DNA of 64,000 nucleotides from Octopus bimaculoides (lineage: Eukaryota). The notes beneath the pieces were generated by a model. It was not told the DNA's origin, did no database searches, and worked only from the letters and a program-made list of their open reading frames with translations. Position numbers and translations under genes: made by a program. Where the stretch lies: assembly GCF_001194135.2 (NCBI RefSeq), contig NC_068983.1:419487-483486 (forward strand), read 5' to 3'. This document shows positions 50,770-63,956 of the stretch, piece by piece (positions within the stretch are counted from its first letter, which is position 1; every line of letters begins with the position of its first letter).

Positions 50770-52125
50770 TTGAAGTATGGCCAAAAGCCATGGATTCCAT
50801 CTGGTCCGGGGGCTTTATAATTAAGCATTTTACCCACTTGGGTTTTCACGTCAACCGTGCTTATGGCAATATTCTTTTATTTCTTTCCTCTTTGTAATTC
50901 TATCTTGATAGTTCCTATCCACATTGCATCCCTTTTATACACCACATTGTTTCCCTATAATCCGCTCCAGAACTCCTTGACTTGATTTGCACCAGGAGCA
51001 ACATTTTACTCATTGTCTCCTTCTAACGTTCGGAAGAATTGCTTCGGGTTATTTTTGAACAATCTGTTCTCCTCGAAATGCTTCTTTCTCTTCACAAATC
51101 TTCTGATCTTCTGGGTTTTTGCCATGATCCAATGTTTTAACTACTCTATTACTGCATAAAACACGTCCTTCCGTATTTTATATTTCTTCTCTAATTTTTC
51201 TCGGTCGGTCTTTTCCCCATGCTTTCCAGTTTCCTCAATTTTTCCTAGATCTTGCCTTTCCCTTTCAATGCATCGTTTGCTCCATGGTTCTTTTGCTCCA
51301 CCATTTTTTGTTCTCTTAACTTGTAATTTCTCCTCAACAAGTAGCGCAATAGCTCGGAGAAGATTCCTTGTTTATGTTATGTCCTCCGTCTGGATGTACG
51401 GTATGGCAGTATCCTTTGTATTACTTTATTTATCATACTCCCATCTACCCTTCCCATATTCAGGGGGATTTTTTCTTCCGGAGCATTCATCAACTCGGTG
51501 AGTCGTCTTTGAATTTCAAACAATTCCTTATCCAGTCGGTTCCTTTCCCCTGCATGTCCACCCACCACAGTATCAGGGTTCACTGTATAACATTCCTGTT
51601 CCTCATCCTTAACAGCCCCATCACTATTCCCCTCTTCCTTCTGCCTACTCTTCTCCCTGCTTTCAACTCCGACCATCGTTTGAGGGTCTCTCAGACTCTC
51701 ACTAATCCGAGATATTTCTACCACAGTTAAGTAACCCTTCCTCCTAATAACTCTCACTTGTTTCATTAGTTTGTTTTCTGACATTGGTCACGTGTCCTTT
51801 TCCATCCAAAATTTCAAGGTACGTCGGCCTTACACCGCGGCTTCTTTCCAACTTCGCTCTTTCATGACATTCAATAAGTGTATCGAATTCTTCCTTCGTT
51901 CACTTATGTCTGGTTTTGCACACACTGTGTATGCGATCTGTAGTGGCATAACGACCGTTCGAGGCCAGATCACTGTCCCTGACGCAGGCAGTTTCGGACG
52001 TGCCGGGCGGGAAACCTCCACCGTGATCGGCCATAGCTCCATTCTCTCCTTTAATTCTTTCCTTGTTGCGTTGCATCAGGATTTCATGAGTCGTTCGTGG
52101 GGTTCCCACGAGAGTTGTTATTGAG
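50770..52125 (-). mobile_element. R4/Dong-like LINE 5' portion (N-terminal region up to RT start)
   Basis: KLMKQVRVIRRKGYLTVVEI; NRLFKNNPKQFFRTL; KEFWSGL; ends at NYKAPGPDGIHGFW. Confidence 0.68.
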
Positions 52126-52349
52126 ATCCCATCTCTCTCTTCTTCTCTTTATTTGTATATACACGTGCACATGTGTGTACATACGCACACATGTATGAAT
52201 AACGTGCTTGCGTTGAGTCGCCTCCATAACCACAGTGATTACCCTTATCCCAATCGTTCTTCCTATAACATCTGAAGATATCAACAATAATATGGGTCCC
52301 GGTATATTGCAGTAGATCTTCTCGTGCTCTATCACCAATCGTTTCAATG

Positions 52350-53600
52350 CCCTGACAACTGGGAAATGTTCAAATCAAGCGTCAACCAGTCTGCATGTGA
52401 TGTCCTGGTAAACTTAAGTCCTCTACTCAAGAGTCCCCGAATTCCATAGCCGATGCTGGAGACAATCAACTGCTGCTGCAAGGCTGACCTACACATGAAG
52501 ACATGAATGAGAACCGCCAGCTCAACCGGATACGCAATGACTCCATCGCAGACGATTGGAAGAAGTTCTGGGGGCAGCAGCAAGGAACAGCAACATCAGC
52601 CAGGTATTCAATATGCTTCGCAGACCCTATACCAGTCCCCAGTTCAAGACAGCCCTGGTGAGGGATACCAGTGGCAGCGTCATGATCACAGAAACCACCT
52701 GCCTCGAATGCTTCAGCTTTCTTCTCCATCACCCACCTATCCCAGCCGATCCCAGCCAAACCATCACTGCAGACACACCCACAACCAACGACGCTTGTAG
52801 ATTCGATCCTGTCACCCCTGATTAAGTCAATACTATCCCGAAGAAGCTCAACAGCTTCAAAGTCCCTGAGATTTGCACTATCACCATGGATATGTTGAAG
52901 GCGGGTGGAGAAAACATGATCCAGTGGCTCACTCACATCATCAAACATGTATGAGTGTCAGAGTGACCCCCAACTGATTGAACCCAGGGCATCATCCTCT
53001 CCTTCTGAAAATGGATGGACGACAAACTCCTTGGCAGCAACCACAGGGGCATTACCCTCCTCTCATCCCGGGCAAACTCTTTACTAGGATCCTCCTCAAC
53101 CGTGCTCTTCCTGCTATTAGAAACGGATGTCACCTACAGCAAGCCAGATTCATGTCAAATCAATCTACAGCCGACCATACTTTTGCCCTTCGTCTCATTT
53201 CGGGAGTTCCGCAAAGATCTCCACCTTTACTCTGCCTCCAGGGTAGCTTTCGACATTGTCGACAATGCATCCCTCTGGAAAATTCTCAAACTCGTAGGTG
53301 CGCCTCCCAAAATCTCCACCCTGTTCCAACGGCTCTATAGCAGTGCCGAGAGCTTCATACGGGTGAATAGGAAGGGTTTTAACTGATTCCCCTTTCAACA
53401 ACGAGGTTAGATAGGACTGCGTGGCCGTTCCCGATCCCTTCAGCTGTGTCATGGATTATCTGTTGAGCAAGATCTGTGAGCGATTCTGTAGCATTATTTT
53501 CAGGAACTGCCACCCCACCGACCTTGAGTATGCGGACGATACCACCCCATTCAGCAATCAACCAGCTCAGCGATGCACTGACGATGTACAGAGAAGAATC
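52350..53600 (+). mobile_element. RTE-clade LINE remnant
   Basis: MLKAGGENMIQWLTH, SNHRGITLLS, GKLFTRILLNR, AFDIVDNASLWKIL, DLEYADDTT. Confidence 0.88.
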
Positions 53601-53619
53601 AACAGGTATCTTTTGTCTT

Positions 53620-54015
53620 CTTTTACTTTTTTCAGTGATTAAACTGCGGCCATGCTGGGGCACCGCCTTCGAGAATTTTTTTAGTTGAATGAATTGATCC
53701 CAGGACTTATTTTATAAAGCCTAGTACTTATTCCATTGGCATTTTTTGCCGAATCGCCAAGATACAGGGACGTAAATATACCAACACCGGTTGTCAAGCG
53801 GTGGTTGTGGTGGTGGTGATGGTGGTGGAGCAAATATAGACACTAAGACACACATACATATACATATACTGACAGGCTTCTTTCAGTTTCCGTCTACCAA
53901 ATTCATTCGCAAGGCTTTGGTCGGCCCGAGGCTATAGTAGAAGACACTTGCCCGAGGTGTCACGCAGTGGGACTGAACCCGGAACCATGTGGTTGGGAAG
54001 CAAGCTTATTACCAC
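53620..54015 (-). mobile_element. Type A SINE, near full length
   Basis: Matches 28460-28815; contains a CORE-like segment (cctcgggcaagtgtcttctactatagcc on the minus strand). Confidence 0.88.
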
Positions 54016-54020
54016 ATACA

Positions 54021-54190
54021 GTGTTGGTGCGTTACATCCCTGTAACTTAGCAGTTCGACGTAAGGCGCCGACAGAATAAATATCAGGCTTAACAAAAAGT
54101 ACTAGTGTCGATTCATCCGACTAAAATTCTTCAAGGTAGTGCCCCAGAATGGCTGCAGTCTAATGAATGAAACAAGTAAAAGAATAAAAA
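54021..54190 (+). mobile_element. Type A SINE 3' half in opposite orientation
   Basis: Roughly 70% similar by eye to the reverse complement of 53620-53790. Confidence 0.75.
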
Positions 54191-55109
54191 ATAGATAAAA
54201 GATATAACACCAAATTGTGAATAATTTAAAACAGTTAATTATTGATTGTCTCACCACAACTTCAGTAATTACGGGCAAGCCCGTTTTGAGCTGAAGAGGT
54301 TTAATAAAGCAGAAACAAATGCATAGTTGTTTTCTGTACTTACCAAGATCAATGAAATGATATTAGTTGATGTTGTTTTTTTACCTCACCGCATTATTGA
54401 ATCTAATTACAATTATATTAATCATTACATGAAATATGATAATACTAATTTACACGGCAATTTGACTAAAAACCCCTTTAAGTTTACGCAGGGAGAACAT
54501 ACAGTTTAGTAGCTGTTTCGATAAGGGGCCGACTTTTGTCTCTCACTCTGTCGATCTAGCGATAAGATACAAGGCTGCACAAAGGCAGCTTCTTATACAA
54601 CAACAACAACAGCAACAGTAGTAGTAGTAGTAGTAGTAGCCTTTTGTCGTCGTTTATGAAAGCCTTCTTAAACAACAAGACAACACCATTACTAATGATT
54701 GTGCAACATTAACAAAAGAAAGAGAACCGGTAGAGATATTAAAATCGTGGATAGTTGACTGTATGAAGGTGTCATTAACCGCTGATAATTTGGCCTGTTT
54801 TCGGTAGCAGTCGGTCTCCGTTCTACGATTGCTTGTTATACCATCAGCCTTAGTCTCTTCCTCCCTTTCTCCCGTCATGGAGGCAGAAAATAGGGCGAGC
54901 TTTGTCATTCCTAGCAACAAGACTTTTGCTACCGTGTGCTTGAGTAGTAGGAACAGCTGTTGTTACTGCTGCTGCTGCTGTTGTAGTAGATGCAATAACG
55001 TAAAGCAATCCAGTTGTTTCATAGCAAGCCCAATGTAGAAAGCGAGTAAAGTATGAGTTTTTAGCAACAAAGGCCTTTCATGTGTCGATGTGTCTTAAAC
55101 ATGCATGCA

Positions 55110-55161
<52 letters not shown>

Positions 55162-55263
55162 CACACGCACACACATGCACTTATATACATACATATAAAC
55201 ATAGACAAACACACACGCATATACGTATATAGACATAATATAACAATACACGCACATACATTC

Positions 55264-55311
<48 letters not shown>

Positions 55312-55647
55312 GTGTATATCTATATATATATCTATATATGTATGTATATATATTTATGCATTCATACACATAAGCACTGAATTAAACAGACACAAACATT
55401 CAAACATACGGCCATACATGCACAAATACATACGTAGATGCAAGATACTTGCATACAAAGATACGCACATACATACACATATACATGTAGACATACATAT
55501 ACATATATACGTCCATACACACATAAAATATACACATGCATGCACACACGCATACATAGTTATACACATAACTATTTGGCTGCTATTTCTAGTAGATGTA
55601 TGCATCACATGGAGGTTTATGAGTTGGATGGAGGCAGATTCTGTGCA

Positions 55648-55691
<44 letters not shown>

Positions 55692-55972
55692 GCTTGTATT
55701 TGTGCGTGAGTGTATGTATTTGTGTTATCTGTATGTGAATTTGCATGTGTATTTGTGTGTTTCTCTGTGAATACATATCTCTATGTATTGTTTCATGTGT
55801 GCATGTGTGTGTAAACATCCGTGTGTCTGTGTGTCTATGCGTATCTCTGTTTGTGGGAGTATCTCTGTATATGCGTATCTCTGGGGTAGTCTACGCCTGT
55901 CTATGTATGTATGTATGTATGTATGTGCTTCTCTCATCTCCCTCTCGTTATGAATAAGTCTCTCTCTTCATC

Positions 55973-56100
<128 letters not shown>

Positions 56101-56844
56101 TTACCTTTCAACCCCCTTATCTTTCTGTATATGTCGCTCTCGCTCTCTCTCTTCATCCTCCTCTCTCTCCATTCTCCTCTCTCTTCATCCTTCTCTCTCT
56201 CTCTCTTCTTCCCCAACTCCTGCTATGTTTCTGTTGCTAGTTTTATGGCAACAGAATATAAAAGAGTAGCTGAAATGAAGCCGTACTCTAGCTGCCGCGC
56301 TCTGTTGCACGGGGGAGTTATTATCTTCCCTATTGTACTCATATTCCCTATTATACTCATCGTATGGAGGATAGTAATACTATTTTTGTGTATTGTACTT
56401 TATTGTACGGAGGGGTAATAATATTTTGTCTGCTGTACTCTGTTTTACTCTGTTGTACAACACAAAAATAAACTCACCCACACTGATATGACACAGCACC
56501 AAGCAACCCCCCCCCCCACTTATAATGCGTTAGCCAAATTCACTTCACAGAATGTAGGAACTCGTTAAAACACCTCATAAAACAGAGGCGGACATGTGCT
56601 TGTCTCACTTGACCAACAACTCACCGTTACTGGAATGGATAAACCCCTAATTAACATTAAATTATAAATTAATGGATTGCAGAACTTAACTCCAAATTTC
56701 CAATGGAATTTAGAAATTCCATTCTGGCTGAAAAAAAAAGCACACGAAAACTCACCATTCTACCATCAGTTTGTTCTGAGAATGGAGTTGAGTTAACTCC
56801 CAAATGTTAATGTTCCAAATGGAACATAAAGGAGTAATAAAGAG

Positions 56845-57060
56845 ATATATCCGGATCTGACCGTTTTCGACTCGTACCTGTTCTGTGTTATGAAGAGTAT
56901 TTAGGGGCCAAGGATTTCATGATACACACGAAGCAAAGATGACTTGTAAAGAAACGAATACGATAGAACAAAGGTAAATTTTTGCAGAATCGACTCAAGA
57001 CTTATGTCGAGTGATGGCACAAATGCATCGCTTTAAATGCAGACCACATTGAGTCGAACT
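56845..57060 (+). mobile_element. Decayed mariner transposase C-terminus
   Basis: PDLTVFDSYLF and WHKCIALNADHIE resemble SPDLAPSDY.LF and W.KCI...G.Y.E. Confidence 0.55.
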
Positions 57061-58032
57061 TAGTGCAATCTGAACGATTTATGACGGTTAATAAAACAGT
57101 TTAGAACACTTTTGGCTATAGCTCTCGTTTATTTAAACAAACTCCATTTTTATCGTACGTGGGGGAAGTAAGATTTTCCCCTGGGGACCAGTGGTATTTA
57201 TTTGAGAATCACTACTGCAGCACCTGCGTCGTATCCGCAGACTGATTGGTCATGGCCGGACACATCATGCCTCGTTTTCTTCTCCCATGTCATCTTCTTG
57301 GTAATCACTAACAACGACGGACGAACTTATAGTATTCTTCGAAATACAACTAGTAACCTGTATTCCACATCACACATTACAAATCCAAACGTGCTCCTTT
57401 TAAATTCCTACCTTCTACTTCTCTATATATATGCACAGACCCTTACATTCCCATAACCCACTGCTTTATACAGGGATCACTTTACCAGAATGTCTGTTAC
57501 ACGTTTTATTTCCAATATTTTGAAAATATGTTATATTTTTAAAAATTATATTTACATTTTATTTTTATATTTCTATGATATATATTAAATTCATATTTAT
57601 ATTTACATATTCTACGTTGTTTTTCATTATATTTTATGCTTCCATTTATTTCTTTATGTTTTTAAATTTCAATTTTTTATAGCTTTTCATAATTTTCTTT
57701 TCTATATTGATTTTTAAAATATCGATTCATTTATTTATTTTAATGATTACGTTTTTGTCTATTCATTTCTTTTTCTATAGATATCGATTTTTTCTTCGCA
57801 ATTGATCCCTTTGTTTATATATTTTTATAATTACACATTCAAATGCATTCACGATCATCTTTTACTAATTTTGTAAAATGTTGCAATTTAGTGAAAACTT
57901 CAACACATTATCAGCCACATCGTAAATAAAGACTCGGAATTATGTATTTATTGCATAATTTACATATATGTCTTATACTTGCATACAGATAGACACACAC
58001 ACACACACACACACACACATAAATAATATACA

Positions 58033-58830
58033 GATAAAACTTACTTGGAAAAGGATGCATGGCGTTCGATCAGGTAATAATATAAATAATATATGAATAT
58101 ATGCATATGTACATACCTACATATATATGTATATATACATGCGTATATGGGTACAGGACATAAAAAAAAACGTTAAACACAATGAGAAACGAAAACATAG
58201 AAAGCGAACATGTTTATCAAACAACGAAAAAACAAAGCAAACAGAGAAACGAAACATGCAACATAAAGCGTATACCCCTTCGTCAGTTGTCCCTGTTTCA
58301 TCTACTCCGTATTTCGAAGGCAAGGACAATAGTGACTTCATTGAAACAGTCCTTTCCGCAAAGCAAATTAAATAAAATTTGAGATTTTTTTGCGGAGGGT
58401 GAAAGTGTTAACAAGAATACAACAGTGAGAACAAGATAGTAAAAACAAACGGTGAGAACAAGACAGTAAAAACAAACGGTGAGGGCTGTTGAGCCAAGAC
58501 GATGGAAAAATTATTATGAACGCTAGGTAAATGAGCCATGAGAGAAGACAGGAAAAGGCACGTCTTATCTTTAGGAAGGAAGTGGACAGAAAGAGAGATC
58601 TCCTTTTGTCACTTGTTAGCGACGTGAGAGTCAAGGAGGAAGAGTGAGTGAGAGAGAGAGAGGGAACGGTGAAAGGAAGAGAAGAATAGGGAAAGGGTGG
58701 GAGAGAAAAACAGAAAGAAGGAAGAACAAGAGACGGAGAGAGATAGACAGAGAAGAGATAGTAGAAGAGTGCGCATCGTAATTATTAAGATAAAACTATC
58801 TTGGAAAATGATGTGTGTGGCGTTCGATCA
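58033..58830 (-). mobile_element. About 800-bp non-coding element bounded by about 40-bp direct repeats
   Basis: gataaaact..cttggaaaa.gatg...tggcgttcgatca at 58033-72 and 58789-830. Internal 24-bp tandem duplication near 58420-58480. Confidence 0.55.
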
Positions 58831-58879
58831 TATAATNNNNNNNNNNNNNNNNNNTATATATATATATATATGTATAGTT

Positions 58880-59250
58880 TGTAATGATAACATGTGAAAC
58901 GTGTCAATACATACATACGGGTAGATCCATTAGAACAAAAAAAATGGACAGATTTTCGCAAATGCAGAAACTTGATCTACTGCATTTAATGCCCGAATTG
59001 CAAGGAACTATATATAGGCGAGACAGAGAATGCATTATTGGAACGTTCACGAGTCCACAGACAACAAATCCGGAACGCGAATGCTCTACAAATTCCATTG
59101 AGTGAACGTATAGAGACATGTGATCAGAAAATATTTCTAATTTTTCCTTTCCACAAACTACATGACACAAGTGAGGCTGGAAGAAAGATAAAAGAAAAAC
59201 GGTTTATTAAAATGTTCAAATCTGATCTGAACGGAAATAGCAACAATAAT
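58880..59250 (+). mobile_element. Penelope-like element GIY-YIG C-terminus
   Basis: LIYCI*CPNCKELYIGETENALLERSRVHRQQIRNANALQIPLSERIETC...FPFHKL...KEKRFIKMFKSDLN. Confidence 0.85.
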
Positions 59251-59636
59251 ATAACAACTAGTTAATGATGTGGATTAAAAAAAAACATCTTTAACATATG
59301 AATATAAACAAATTACAGAATATCGGTACGCCTGGCAAACTGAGACGTTTAAGCTGCATACGGATTGGTCAGAACCGTATTCCATAAATCCAGCTTATTG
59401 GAGCGTTCTAAGAGGTACTACAGTTGTCAAGAACTCAACTGTCAGTTAAAAACATTTGAAATCTGATGATTGCTACCAAACGTTTGAAAGTGCGAATTGA
59501 ACTTTATAAATATTACAAAATATTTTTTTAATGTCAAAATACTATAATAAAAAAACCTGAAAACCAGACCATGTTTTAACTTTATTCAACTGATGTATAT
59601 ATATTTATATACAGATTCACACTAATTCGGAAGAAA

Positions 59637-59682
<46 letters not shown>

Positions 59683-60137
59683 NNNNNNNNNNNNNNNNNN
59701 NNNNNNNNNNNNNNNNNNNNNNNNNNNNNNNNNNNNNNNNNNNNNNNNNNNNNNNNNNNNNNNNNNNNNNNNNNNNNNNNNNNNNNNNNNNNNNNNNNNN
59801 NNNNNNNNNNNNNNNNNNNNNNNNNNNNNNNNNNNNNNNNNNNNNNNNNNNNNNNNNNNNNNNNNNNNNNNNNNNNNNNNNNNNNNNNNNNNNNNNNNNN
59901 NNNNNNNNNNNNNNNNNNNNNNNNNNNNNNNNNNNNNNNNNNNNNNNNNNNNNNNNNNNNNNNNNNNNNNNNNNNNNNNNNNNNNNNNNNNNNNNNNNNN
60001 NNNNNNNNNNNNNNNNNNNNNNNNNNNNNNNNNNNNNNNNNNNNNNNNNNNNNNNNNNNNNNNNNNNNNNNNNNNNNNNNNNNNNNNNNNNNNNNNNNNN
60101 NNNNNNNNNNNNNNNNNNNNNNNNNNNNNNNNNNNNN

Positions 60138-60172
60138 CTGTTGAAGAGCGTAGCTCGAAACGTCAAAGACTT
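60138..60172 (+). ncRNA. Minimal type-I hammerhead motif with A6U core variant
   Basis: CTGTTGA A GAGC GTA GCTC GAAA CGT C AAAG. 4-bp stem II, ACGT palindromic stem III, GUC triplet; the 5' strand of stem I falls in the gap. Confidence 0.62.
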
Positions 60173-60257
60173 TCCGTATTCCCGAGCGTCATACTAATAT
60201 ATATTTTTGTTATTTACACCACCTGTCCTCGTCTGTTGTTATTATTTGTATATTCTC

Positions 60258-60310
<53 letters not shown>

Positions 60311-61045
60311 AAGTTTGACGAACACGAACAACTCGAAACTTAGAAGTTACCGTCAGTTTCTCCCCTAAAATGTTTGATAAGCATTCACTGTATTCAGTAA
60401 TCATTGAGTTTTATGTTAAATTGTCTTTATATGCATTCTGACAAAATCAAGCACACACACTCACATACACACACAGAGATGCACACACATACATAAAACA
60501 CACATAATATATACATAATGTATGTATATATGTATATATCTGTACGTGTGTGTGTGTGTGTGTGTTATTTTTTGTCTATTATAATATAATTTTTCGCTAT
60601 CAACTCTGTTTTATAATCTCAGTTTTTTTTTTGTATTAGGACTAATTAGATCTTCGATATCTTTATCCATATAACATAGTTGTTGTCACGATTCTTTCCG
60701 CTATGTTCGCCTGTAAATTGTATGTCTATTGTCGTGAGAACTATTTAAAAGAACCTTGAGCGCTTGTTTCATAATCATTTTCCATTCCACCTTCTCCTAC
60801 GCCTTTGATCACATCATCCACACACATTATGTCATTATCAGATTTTTGACGACTCATTCTAAATGCTATCAACATCATCCTACTTTTCCTAGCTCTGCTT
60901 CTTGCTTCATTTAACTTCCAATTTATATCGCTAAAACCATGATTATGGAGGCACACTACATATATCCATATTCATTTCATCTTCTTACCTTATGTTGTTG
61001 TTGTCGTCATCCTCATCATGATCGTCGTCGTTGTTATTGTTGTTG

Positions 61046-61098
<53 letters not shown>

Positions 61099-61101
<3 letters not shown>

Positions 61102-62663
61102 TAGTTTTATTTTTATAACGTGCTTTCACTTCACTACCGAGCGCAGCTCTGTGCGCCTTGGGTATGTGCTGTGGTTTGCTGTGGTGCTCTTATGTTTACT
61201 GTATTGAAAGTGTTTTGCGTAGAATGTGTGCAGTACCCAGTAGTGCAATTTTCTGTATGTTATATATATTTGTAAGTCCTGGTGTTTTTGTTATGTATTT
61301 GTCTGAATATTTTTTTATTATACCTAAGGCACCTACTATGATAGGAATTGTTTCTGTTTTTAGATTCCACATTCGNNNNNNNNNNNNNNNNNNNNNNNNN
61401 NNNNNNNNNNNNNNNNNNNNNNNNNNNNNNNNNNNNNNNNNNNNNNNNNNNNNNNNNNNNNNNNNNNNNNNNNNNNNNNNNNNNNNNNNNNNNNNNNNNN
61501 NNNNNNNNNNNNNNNNNNNNNNNNNNNNNNNNNNNNNNNNNNNNNNNNNNNNNNNNNNNNNNNNNNNNNNNNNNNNNNNNNNNNNNNNNNNNNNNNNNNN
61601 NNNNNNNNNNNNNNNNNNNNNNNNNNNNNNNNNNNNNNNNNNNNNNNNNNNNNNNNNNNNNNNNNNNNNNNNNNNNNNNNNNNNNNNNNNNNNNNNNNNN
61701 NNNNNNNNNNNNNNNNNNNNNNNNNNNNNNNNNNNNNNNNNNNNNNNNNNNNNNNNNNNNNNNNNNNNNNNNNNNNNNNNNNNNNNNNNNNNNNNNNNNN
61801 NNNNNNNNNNNNNNNNNNNNNNNNNNNNNNNNNNNNNNNNNNNNNNNNNNNNNNNNNNNNNNNNNNNNNNNNNNNNNNNNNNNNNNNNNNNNNNNNNNNN
61901 NNNNNNNNNNNNNNNNNNNNNNNNNNNNNNNNNNNNNNNNNNNNNNNNNNNNNNNNNNNNNNNNNNNNNNNNNNNNNNNNNNNNNNNNNNNNNNNNNNNN
62001 NNNNNNNNNNNNNNNNNNNNNNNNNNNNNNNNNNNNNNNNNNNNNNNNNNNNNNNNNNNNNNNNNNNNNNNNNNNNNNNNNNNNNNNNNNNNNNNNNNNN
62101 NNNNNNNNNNNNNNNNNNNNNNNNNNNNNNNNNNNNNNNNNNNNNNNNNNNNNNNNNNNNNNNNNNNNNNNNNNNNNNNNNNNNNNNNNNNNNNNNNNNN
62201 NNNNNNNNNNNNNNNNNNNNNNNNNNNNNNNNNNNNNNNNNNNNNNNNNNNNNNNNNNNNNNNNNNNNNNNNNNNNNNNNNNNNNNNNNNNNNNNNNNNN
62301 NNNNNNNNNNNNNNNNNNNNTCCTGTCTATTTTACATAGTTCGTTTAGTGTCCAGTTAAGGATGTTGTAGCTGTAGCTTATAACTGGGACAGCTAAAGTG
62401 TTGATACCCATTATCTTGTTTTTAGCATTGAGCTCTGTTTTTAGTATTGATCTAACTCGTCTATAGTACTCTTTCTTTATTTTTTCTTTCATTTGTGTAT
62501 GTTGTATCCTATCTAGTTCATTGACTCCTAAATACTTATATGGTTGGCTTTCGTCTAGTTCTCTTATTTCATTGGCTTTATCTAGTGTTATATTGCTACT
62601 TTTAACTAATTTTCCTCTTTTCAGGGTTGCTTTGGCACATTTTTCTAATCCGAATTTCATTTC

Positions 62664-62664
<1 letters not shown>
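61099..62664 (-). mobile_element. R4/Dong-like LINE, 5'-truncated, flanked by (TAA)n on both sides (internal gap)
   Basis: EMKFGLEKCAK...YKYLG...YYRRVRSILKTELNAKNKIMGINTLAVPV, then IPIIVGALGIIKK...QKIALLGTAHILRKTLSIQ*. No stops in the visible RT part. Confidence 0.93.
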
Positions 62665-62703
<39 letters not shown>

Positions 62704-62828
62704 AATATTATTATTATTTCCATATTCAATATAATATTCATACGTTTCTGTAATTTATTCTGAAAAGTCCCCAATTCGTCGACTTTGTGGCAATAAACGA
62801 AATTATTATTATTATTATTATTGTTATT

Positions 62829-63870
62829 CCGAAAGACTCTCGAATAGTTCTTAATTACCGCTTATTCTTTATTGGAAAGCAAGCAATAACAAACCAACCA
62901 AAGGTTTCAGGTAGTGCCTTCTCCTGTGACTCAAGGAGACAATACTCTCCTTAGAATGTGAGCTGTACCCAACAATGCTGTCTTTTGGATCACTTCGAGC
63001 CTGACAGCTGCTTCAATATTCTTAATATGTTTTCAAAGCCCTTGGAAACTGCTCCTAATGCCCCACTCACCACCGGTATCACCATTACTTTCCTCATGCC
63101 CCATAACTTTCCTCTCTCGTCCCACAGTGGCTGGTATTTCTCAATATTTTCTGTTTCCTTACATTTCAACCTCGAATCGCCTGGTATTGCAACATTTATT
63201 ATCTTTGCTTCTTTTTCATCTTTGTGGATTGAACACGATATCTGGCCGTCTCGCCTCTATGACTTGGTCGCACTGCATGTTAAAATCCCAGACTATTTTG
63301 TAATGTTTGTTTTCCATTACTCCGCCTGGCTTGTGTTCATACCACTGTGCTGCTCTCTCGAGGTTTGCGTTACCGCACAACAGCCAGTGGACTTATCTGG
63401 CCACATTGTCGTGTCTTATTTTGTATTCACATTGTGCGAGCTCACAGCATTCACTAACAATATGGCTTATACTTTATCCCTTCTCAGAGCACATCCATCC
63501 TACACTGTGGCGAGTCAGTGCTTTTATCAATGCAATATTTGGAGTCGTTTGTTCTGAGAGCTTGTTCTTGAGCGCTGCACACTAATGCCTATGTGGGCTC
63601 TTTTAAGTCTCCTTTCTGTAACCATTGCCAGGTTCTATTCCAATCAATCTGATCCTTATTCTTCAAGAACTGTCTGTACATTTTCTTGTCCTGCCAATTT
63701 TTCTTCATCTGCTTTCTCTCTGGTCTTTCTTAAATTGTGTTGGATCTACGGCTTCGTTCACTTTTAAGGTTCCCTGCATTTTCACTGCTTCAATCATTTC
63801 TTCTTTACCCCCCCCCCCTTGACATACCAAGCCAGGCTAGTCTCCTCTTCTCTGACACAACCTCCACAAC
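62829..63870 (-). mobile_element. R4/Dong-like LINE 3' portion (zinc knuckle plus RLE)
   Basis: SAQEQALRTN, SHIVSEC, RHDNVARYVHW, KIVWDFNMQCDQVIEARRPDIVF. 3' end abuts (TAA)n at 62802-62828. Confidence 0.88.
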
Positions 63871-63875
63871 ATGCC

Positions 63876-63956
63876 ATATGGCCACGGGCATATGACGTAG
63901 TGGTTAAGAGTGCGGGCTACCAATCCCAAGATTCCGAGTTCGATTCCAAGCAATGA

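Noticed and set aside
54291-54335. Hammerhead-like CTGAAGA...GAAACAA...TTGT
   Set aside because: Stem II is weak, stem I has only 3 bp, the triplet is GUU and there is no repeat context. Similar weak hits at about 5583, 18675 (minus), 24399 and 59462 were also rejected.
54560-55050. GC-richer stretch with CAG/TAG runs resembling a low-complexity exon
   Set aside because: All six frames are interrupted and no convincing splice pair was found.
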